This document shows, piece by piece, positions 1-5,554 of a DNA stretch of 11,319 nucleotides. Position numbers and translations under genes: made by a program. Positions within the stretch are counted from its first letter, which is position 1, and every line of letters starts with the position of its first letter. The notes beneath the pieces are model-generated. The model searched no databases, had not been told where the DNA came from, and saw nothing but the letters and a program-made list of their open reading frames with translations. Origin of the DNA: Vulcanimicrobiaceae bacterium (GTDB taxonomy: Bacteria; Vulcanimicrobiota; Vulcanimicrobiia; Vulcanimicrobiales; Vulcanimicrobiaceae); the NCBI GenBank assembly GCA_046262595.1, contig JBHEMM010000016.1:15332-26650 (forward strand), written 5' to 3'.

Positions 1-62
1 TCAGTGGCCAGAGCGTCGATTTTGTAAGTCGAGGGTCGTGGGTTCGACTCCCACCGTCGGCT
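1..62 (+). tRNA. tRNA-Thr(UGU), 5' end truncated by the window edge; CCA not encoded
   Basis: Anticodon arm TCGAT-TTTGTAA-GTCGA (16-32, anticodon TGT at 23-25). T arm GTGGG-TTCGACT-CCCAC (38-54). 3' acceptor strand CGTCGGC (55-61), discriminator T62, then AAA rather than CCA. Confidence 0.95.
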
Positions 63-69
63 AAACGCC

Positions 70-93
70 CGAGGCCCATGCCAAACGGCCTCG
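70..93. other. Inverted repeat (7-bp stem, 10-nt loop) just downstream of the tRNA
   Basis: CGAGGCC (70-76) / GGCCTCG (87-93). No U-tract follows, so it is not a classical intrinsic terminator; it may be a processing or pausing hairpin. Confidence 0.45.
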
Positions 94-109
94 AACAAGC
101 AACGGCACG

Positions 110-472
110 ATGCAACCGATCAAACCCAAGTGGCTCAATGCGGGCCTGGTCCTGGTTTGCGAGCGCTGCTACAAAGAACGCATTCCGGAAGAAGATCCGC
201 AGATCGCCGCGAAGATCGGTGAGTTTAATCTGCGCGACTGGCTCAAGAATCGCTTAAAGAACGACGGACACTGGGGCAACGTGCGCGCGATAAGCACCAG
301 TTGCATGGACGTCTGCGCGCGGGGCCGCGTCACCGTCGTCGTCGATGGCCAGACCGGAACGAAGCCGGCGCACGCATTCGTCGTGGATGCGCTTGCCGAT
401 CGCGAGGCGCTATATCAAAGTATCGTCGAGTTGCTGGCTCATCCGCGCGACGACGCAGACGGCCAAAGCTAA
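110..472 (+). CDS. Small 4-Cys protein, thioredoxin-like (2Fe-2S) ferredoxin / DUF1636-like metal-binding domain
   Basis: 120 aa. N-terminal VLVCERC (CxxC) and later V-RAISTSCMDVC (CxxxC) followed by a beta strand (RVTVVV), the layout of TRX-fold Fe-S/metal-binding proteins. Stop overlaps the stop of the convergent ridA. Confidence 0.7.
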   Translation: MQPIKPKWLNAGLVLVCERCYKERIPEEDPQIAAKIGEFNLRDWLKNRLKNDGHWGNVRAISTSCMDVCARGRVTVVVDGQTGTKPAHAFVVDALADREALYQSIVELLAHPRDDADGQS

Positions 473-846
473 GCAGCCGCGATCGCCGTCAATTCAAAGC
501 GCGCGCCGAAAAGCAGCGGCCCGGAGCCTAGGAACGCGCGCGCGGGCAGCGGTCCGGTGAAATACGTGCGGTAAACGCCGTTGAACGTTTCGTACAGCGA
601 AACGTCCGGCGTGTAGACGGTCACCTGCACCAGATCGCGCATGCGCAAGCCGCACTTTTCGAGCACCTCGCGCAGGTCGTCCATCAGCAGCCGCGCTTCC
701 TCGGCCGCGTCCGCCGGCGGCAAGTTCGTCGCGTCGTCCAAACCGATACGGCCGGCAATATAGTACGTGGCGCCCGCCCGCACTGCGTCGCTGAACGGCA
801 AGTTGCTGCGGCCCGGCCGCTCGAAGCTCAAGAATTCCCGTTTCAT
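469..846 (-). CDS. RidA/YjgF/YER057c/UK114 family protein (imine/enamine deaminase-like)
   Basis: PFSDAVRAG..YIAGRIG, LVQVTVY, FNGVYRTYF...PARA (catalytic Arg present), FELTAIA. Start moved from 873 to ATG 846 (MKREFL) to match family length and avoid overlap with the divergent gene. Confidence 0.92.
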   Translation of the reverse strand: MKREFLSFERPGRSNLPFSDAVRAGATYYIAGRIGLDDATNLPPADAAEEARLLMDDLREVLEKCGLRMRDLVQVTVYTPDVSLYETFNGVYRTYFTGPLPARAFLGSGPLLFGARFELTAIAAA

Positions 847-896
847 CGGGGCTCTGTATGACAGGAAATGCACGCTTTCCGGTTGAGAGTGCCGCT

Positions 897-1247
897 ATGA
901 GCACAAGAGGCATCGACGCGACGTTTTTCCAGGTGAAAGATATGAAGCGCGCGCGCGCGTTCTACGACGCGATCCTAGGCGTCGCGCCGAACGTGATGAG
1001 CGAAGAATACTGGGCGGAATACACCTTTGCCGACGGCACCACGTTCGCGGTAGCATACAATCCGTCGGCGCCGTGGCGGGGCGGATCCGGCGTCTTGCTC
1101 GGCGTGGATAATCTGGAAGAAGCGGCACGGCGCGCGCAAGAAAACGGCGGTACGCTTACGGGCGTTGAGTTCGGCGGGAAAATCTGCAAATCAAAAGAGT
1201 GCATCGACACCGAAGGCAACTATCTGTACCTGCACGAGCGCTTTTAA
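897..1247 (+). CDS. VOC family (glyoxalase/bleomycin resistance-like) protein
   Basis: IDATFFQVKDMKRARAFYDAILG at the N-terminus, LGVDNLEEA, and CIDTEGNYLYLHE (DxEGN motif) at the C-terminus. In-frame ATG 897 is preferred over 858, since the recognisable fold starts there. Confidence 0.88.
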   Translation: MSTRGIDATFFQVKDMKRARAFYDAILGVAPNVMSEEYWAEYTFADGTTFAVAYNPSAPWRGGSGVLLGVDNLEEAARRAQENGGTLTGVEFGGKICKSKECIDTEGNYLYLHERF

Positions 1248-1254
1248 GCGCCGC

Positions 1255-1902
1255 TTATGGTAATTCGATCTCCGAGAGATTCTTTTCGATCTTGCGTTTC
1301 ACGCGCTGCAGTGCGTTGTCGATCGACTTGACGTGACGTCCCAAGTCGCGCGCCATCTCTTGGTAGCTCTTGCCTTCCAAGTATGAGAGCAGCACCTGAG
1401 ACTCGAGCTCCGAGAGATTTTCCTGAATGCGCTCTTTGATGTCTTGCGAGACTTCCTGATTGATCACGAGCTCTTCGGGATCGGAGGTCTTCTGTGAGGC
1501 CATCACGTCGAGCAGCGTACGTTCGCTGTCTTCATCGTAGATCGGTTTGTTCAGCGAGATGTACTGGTTGAGCGGGATATGCTTCTGCCGCGTCGCCGTC
1601 TTGATCGCCGTGATGATCTGACGCGTGATGCACAGCTCGGCGAACGCCCGGAAGCTCGAAAGTTTGTCCGCCTTGAAGTCTCGAACCGCCTTATAGAGCC
1701 CGATCATGCCTTCTTGGATGATATCTTCGCGATCCGCGCCGATTAAAAAATAGCTCTTCGCCTTGATGCGGACGAAGTTCTTATATTTGTTGAGCAGAAA
1801 CTCCATTGCGAGGTTGTCGCCGGATTTAGCCGTCGCGACAAGGTCCTCGTCCGCCCGTTCGTGGTAGTCGAGTCCATCCGACGCAGGATGGGTCATTGCC
1901 AT
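1255..1902 (-). CDS. sigH: RNA polymerase sigma factor SigH (Spo0H type)
   Basis: KYKNFVRIKAKSYFLIGADREDIIQEGMIGLYKAVRDF, SSFRAFAELCITRQIITAIKTATRQKHIPLN, YLEGKSYQEMA, HVKSIDNALQRVKRK are signature segments of Bacillota SigH. Located downstream of rlmB as in Bacillus. Confidence 0.96.
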   Translation of the reverse strand: MAMTHPASDGLDYHERADEDLVATAKSGDNLAMEFLLNKYKNFVRIKAKSYFLIGADREDIIQEGMIGLYKAVRDFKADKLSSFRAFAELCITRQIITAIKTATRQKHIPLNQYISLNKPIYDEDSERTLLDVMASQKTSDPEELVINQEVSQDIKERIQENLSELESQVLLSYLEGKSYQEMARDLGRHVKSIDNALQRVKRKIEKNLSEIELP

Positions 1903-1977
1903 TGCTACTTGCCCTTAACAGACGTGCGGCGCAAATCGCGGGCCCCGCGGGGCCTCGTCGAGCCGACGCACCCGCAT

Positions 1978-2006
1978 AGTATAGGAGGGTGGTCCTTGGG
2001 CGTCAA
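1978..2006 (-). promoter_or_regulatory. Sigma70/SigA-type promoter for sigH
   Basis: Minus strand: TTGACG (2006-2001), 17-bp spacer, TATACT (1983-1978). Each hexamer matches consensus 5/6 with optimal spacing, with an AT-rich stretch just upstream. Predicted start of transcription ~1971. Confidence 0.8.
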
Positions 2007-2099
2007 GGATAAATTTGGCAGGCCTCACGAGCGTCCCGAAGTGCAGGGCCCGGCTATGCAGGCGGGCGGAATCTTCCTCGCGGCCGGGAAACGGGCGTC

Positions 2100-2780
2100 A
2101 TGCTTTCCTCGTATGTTTTAGCCGCGGTGGTGCAGACGGGCAACGTGAAGCCGATCCGCTCTATGCTTTTCGCGTTCCATGCCTCTGGGCAAACCGAGGG
2201 TATTTCGCACTACGGCGGCATAGAAACCGGCCTGCCGGGCGTCTCGACGAATTATTCTTTGGGCGGTTACGACGGCACAATCGCCGTGGACGTTCTCGCG
2301 CTCGGGCCCGAAAAATCGCTGGTCCTGCGCATCACGCAGTCTGTTCCCCTCGCTCACAGTCTGGACGTTCCCGCCGGCGAGTGCGCGGTCTACCCCGACG
2401 GGCAGGTGAAATTCGATCCGGGGGCCGTGAAGTTCAGCACGCCGGAACTCACGCTCACGCGTTTTTTGGGCCGCACCTTTGTGAACGCCGATGCCATGGA
2501 TGACAAGAATCATTGGGCCGTCGATTTGGCCACCGGCCGCGTAAACGTGCGCTCCGATTTTACGGTGACGAGCAACAACAACGGCGTGGTGTCGATCGAT
2601 GAAAAACGCGTCTTAAAGGACGGGAACGACGAGTCGGACACCACAGGCCGGATCAGTTACGATATCAAACGCATGGTGCCGCTTTCGATTCACGAAGAAA
2701 GCGTCGAAATCTACGGATCGGGCAGCGTGCGTACGGGGGTGGATTACACCCTTAAGGCAGACTCGCTCGCTCCGCGCTGA
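2100..2780 (+). CDS. Hypothetical beta-rich protein, possibly exported
   Basis: 226-aa ORF filling the gap between the sigH promoter and rlmB. Composition is protein-like with alternating beta-strand patterns (GTIAVDVL, SDFTVT, GRISYD, VDYTL) and a very short hydrophobic N-terminus (MLSSYVLAAVV). No family recognised. Confidence 0.8.
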   Translation: MLSSYVLAAVVQTGNVKPIRSMLFAFHASGQTEGISHYGGIETGLPGVSTNYSLGGYDGTIAVDVLALGPEKSLVLRITQSVPLAHSLDVPAGECAVYPDGQVKFDPGAVKFSTPELTLTRFLGRTFVNADAMDDKNHWAVDLATGRVNVRSDFTVTSNNNGVVSIDEKRVLKDGNDESDTTGRISYDIKRMVPLSIHEESVEIYGSGSVRTGVDYTLKADSLAPR

Positions 2781-3520
2781 CGCACGGCCTCGTACAGCAG
2801 CACGGCAGCGGCCACCGACGCATTGAGCGACTCCGTGCGGCCCAGCAGCGGAATCCGCACCAGATAATCGCACTCGCGGGCGACCAGCGGGCTGAGCCCT
2901 TCTTCGCCCCCGATCACGATTGCGGCGTCGCGCGTGAAATCGGCTTGCGTGTAGGCGATGCTTTGCGGTGCGATGCCGGCGCCCGCGACCCAAACGTTCG
3001 CTTTCTTGAGCTTGCGGATCGTCTCGGCGACGTTCGCGACCCGCGCCACCGGCAAGTGCGCCGCTGCTCCGGCGGCGGCTTTACGCACCGTTGCGTTGAC
3101 ACCCGCCGCCCGCCGCTCGGGCATGACCGCCCCGTGCGCGCCGGCGCACTCGGCGGTACGGATGATCGCGCCGGCATTGTGCGGATCGGTGATATGGTCG
3201 AGCACGACGAGCAGCAGCGGTCCGCCTCGCGGACGCACCAGTAAATCTTCGAGCGAAGCGTAATCATACGGCGGCCCGAACGCGATGACGCCTTGATGCG
3301 CCTTGTACGGAAATTGGCTGAAGTACTTGCGGTCTTCCGTGCGCACGCGGATCTCGCGCTCGCGCGCGGCTTCCATGATTTTGCGCAACGCCGGATCGCG
3401 GCGGCGCTCCTGCGCGACATGAATGTGGCGCAGCTGCTCGCCCGCCGCGAGCGCCTCTTCCACCGCATGCACGCCGTAGACGACGTTGTCGAGATCTATT
3501 TTTGCGCGGCGAGGCTCCAT
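2744..3520 (-). CDS. rlmB: 23S rRNA (guanosine-2'-O)-methyltransferase RlmB (TrmH/SpoU family)
   Basis: VVYGVHAVEEAL, HQGVIA, LDHITDPHNAGAIIRTAEC, ESLNASVAAAVLLYE. Start reassigned to ATG 3520 (MEPRRAK), overlapping the cysS end by 25 nt. Position after cysS is canonical. Confidence 0.93.
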   Translation of the reverse strand: MEPRRAKIDLDNVVYGVHAVEEALAAGEQLRHIHVAQERRRDPALRKIMEAAREREIRVRTEDRKYFSQFPYKAHQGVIAFGPPYDYASLEDLLVRPRGGPLLLVVLDHITDPHNAGAIIRTAECAGAHGAVMPERRAAGVNATVRKAAAGAAAHLPVARVANVAETIRKLKKANVWVAGAGIAPQSIAYTQADFTRDAAIVIGGEEGLSPLVARECDYLVRIPLLGRTESLNASVAAAVLLYEAVRQRGASESALRV

Positions 3521-4908
3521 GCGGTTCCATCTTTCGAGTCCTTGAGCGCGATTCCGCACTCGAGCAAAATGTCGCGAAGACGGTCGGACTCCGCCCAGTT
3601 CTTGCTTTGGCGTGCCCGCGTGCGCAGCGCGATGACGTTTTCCAGTGCGGCTTGCGGCGATTCGCTGTCGAAAGCCGCCTGCCCGAGCGCCGCGCGCAAC
3701 CGCGAGGCGAAGTCGGCGGGAAGTTCGGCAGACGGCTGCGCGAGCCACGCTTCACCGGCCTGGATGCCGAGCAACTGCAGCGCATAGGCGAAAGCGCCGG
3801 CGCTCGTTCCTTTGTACGCCAGCAGTTCGGCGAGCGCGACGGCGGTATTGAGATCTTCATCCAACGCCGTTTCCATCCGAGCGATCAAACCGCCATCTTC
3901 CTGCCCCGGCGAGTGCATCAGTGCGCGGTAGGTCTTTTTCAGACGCTCCAGCGTTACGGCCGCCGCGGTGACCGACTCTTCGGTAAAGTTCATCACTTTG
4001 CGGTAGCCCGTTTGCAGAAACAGCAGGCGGATCGCCTGCGGATCGTGCCGGCCGAGCAGTTCCTCGAGCGGCTCGAAGTTGCCTAGCGACTTGCTCATCT
4101 TCTGGTTTTCGAACAGCAGCAGGCCGCCGTGCATCCAATATTTCGCCATCGGCGGGTGCTGCATGAGCGGCTCGCTTTGGGCGACTTCGTTTTCGTGATG
4201 CGGGAAGATCAGGTCGGCGCCGCCGCCGTGAATCTCGAAGCCTTCGCCCGGCGGGTCCAGCAGGGAACGCGACATCGCCGAGCACTCGATATGCCAACCC
4301 GGCCGGCCGTCGCCCCATGGCGAAGGCCACGTCGGCTCTCCCGGCTTTGCGAATTTCCACAGCGCAAAATCGAGGGGATCTTCTTTGTCCGCGTCCACTT
4401 CGATGCGCGCGCCCGCTTCGAGTTCCTCAATGTTGCGGTTCGCGAGCGCACCGTAACGTGGAAACGCCGAAACGCGGTAATAAACGCCTTCCTTGGATGC
4501 ATAGGCGTAACCCTGGGCGACCAGCGCGGCAATCATCTCGACGATCGGCCCGATAAATTGGGTCGCGTACGGTTCTTCATCGGGTTCCAAGACGCCCAGG
4601 CGCTTCATCGATGCCTTAAACCCCGCGTAGTAACCGGTGACGATGTCGTACCAATGTTCGCCCGTCTCACGGGCACGGTTGATGCTGCGATCGTCGATAT
4701 CCGTCACGTTCTGCACGTAGTGGACGCGAAAACCTTTGTGCGCCAAATAACGGCGCAGCACGTCGAAAAACAGAAACGAACGGGCGTGACCGAGATGCGC
4801 TTGCGCGGAGGGCGTGAGCCCGCACATGTAGATGCGCACGCGCCCGGGCTGCAGCGGCTCGAACGGCTCGACGCTGCGCGTGCGCGTGTTGTAAATCTTC
4901 AGGCTCAC
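3496..4908 (-). CDS. cysS: Cysteinyl-tRNA synthetase
   Basis: YMCG...HLGHAR (HIGH), QNVTDIDD, DFALWK, GRPGWHIECSAM, HGGGADLIFPHHENE (Zn ligands), KMSKSLGNF, DALR-type segment ALDEDLNTAVALAEL, and C-terminal R..AR..KNWAESDRLRD...GI.LKD. GTG start. Confidence 0.97.
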   Translation of the reverse strand: MSLKIYNTRTRSVEPFEPLQPGRVRIYMCGLTPSAQAHLGHARSFLFFDVLRRYLAHKGFRVHYVQNVTDIDDRSINRARETGEHWYDIVTGYYAGFKASMKRLGVLEPDEEPYATQFIGPIVEMIAALVAQGYAYASKEGVYYRVSAFPRYGALANRNIEELEAGARIEVDADKEDPLDFALWKFAKPGEPTWPSPWGDGRPGWHIECSAMSRSLLDPPGEGFEIHGGGADLIFPHHENEVAQSEPLMQHPPMAKYWMHGGLLLFENQKMSKSLGNFEPLEELLGRHDPQAIRLLFLQTGYRKVMNFTEESVTAAAVTLERLKKTYRALMHSPGQEDGGLIARMETALDEDLNTAVALAELLAYKGTSAGAFAYALQLLGIQAGEAWLAQPSAELPADFASRLRAALGQAAFDSESPQAALENVIALRTRARQSKNWAESDRLRDILLECGIALKDSKDGTAWSLAAQK

Positions 4909-4912
4909 GCCG

Positions 4913-5554
4913 TCATATCACCCACGACCACGCTTCTTCGCCCGTCTCGTCCTGTTCGATGTCAGCGATGCGCGCTTCGAGCTGCGACAAACGGCGCTCG
5001 AACGCGTTGCCCGTAACGCCTTCGTCCTGAACGCGTACGTGGACGCCGCTGTGCATCACGATGCGCGCGGGTACGCCGACAACGGTCGCATCCGGCGGAA
5101 CGTCCTTCACGACGACCGAACCGCCGCCCACCTTTGCGTTGTCGCCCACCGTAATCGCGCCGAGCACCGCGGCATTGACCCCGACCGTCACATTCTTTCC
5201 AAGCGTGGGATGGCGCTTTCCGTGCGAGAGGCTCGTGCCGCCGAGGGTGACGCCTTGATAGATCGTACAGCCGTCGCCGACTTCGGCCGTCTCGCCGATG
5301 ACGACGCCCATTCCGTGGTCGATGAACACGCCGCTGCCGATCTTCGCCCCGGGATGAATCTCGATCCCGGTTAAAAACCGGTTCATATTCGAAAGCCAGC
5401 GCGGAAGCAGCGGCAAGCCGGACGCATGCAGCGCGTGAATGATGCGGTGCAGGACGAGCGCGTGAAACCCGGGGTACGAAAGAATGACATCGAGCGGCCC
5501 CCGCGCTGCGGGGTCGCGTTCGAGCGCGGCGCGAAGATCCTCAACGATTGCCAT
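4913..5554 (-). CDS. cysE: Serine O-acetyltransferase
   Basis: ERDPAAR...[46 protein letters not shown]...[15 protein letters not shown] hexapeptide-repeat acetyltransferase. GGGAG RBS upstream; adjacent to cysS. Confidence 0.97.
   Translation of the reverse strand: MAIVEDLRAALERDPAARGPLDVILSYPGFHALVLHRIIHALHASGLPLLPRWLSNMNRFLTGIEIHPGAKIGSGVFIDHGMGVVIGETAEVGDGCTIYQGVTLGGTSLSHGKRHPTLGKNVTVGVNAAVLGAITVGDNAKVGGGSVVVKDVPPDATVVGVPARIVMHSGVHVRVQDEGVTGNAFERRLSQLEARIADIEQDETGEEAWSWVI

Noticed and set aside
1..1250. Genomic island or prophage integrated at tRNA-Thr
   Set aside because: No integrase and no duplicated tRNA 3' end (att repeat) visible in the window; the adjacent genes look native in composition.
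2005..2035. + strand AAGGATAAAT as a SigH -35 element
   Set aside because: No GAAT-like -10 at a 17-18 nt spacing; better explained as the AT-rich flank of the minus-strand sigH promoter.
1861..2121. + strand 86-aa ORF and the 2015-2503 ORF spanning the sigH promoter region
   Set aside because: They overlap sigH, its promoter or the better-supported 2100-2780 gene, and show no protein-like features.
3521..3748. 76-aa N-terminal extension of rlmB in the ORF track
   Set aside because: It lies inside cysS in another frame and is Arg/Ala-rich noise; RlmB similarity begins just after ATG 3520.
3496..4908. MshC (mycothiol ligase) instead of CysRS
   Set aside because: It has the CysRS C-terminal anticodon-binding region and the canonical cysE-cysS-rlmB context.
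4129..5016. Long + strand ORF (295 aa) and similar ones at 3502-4086, 6766-7368, 7278-8015, 8612-9409, 9410-10168, 9498-10154, 10488-11132
   Set aside because: All are antisense shadows of well-supported minus-strand genes in GC-rich DNA, with no recognisable motifs.
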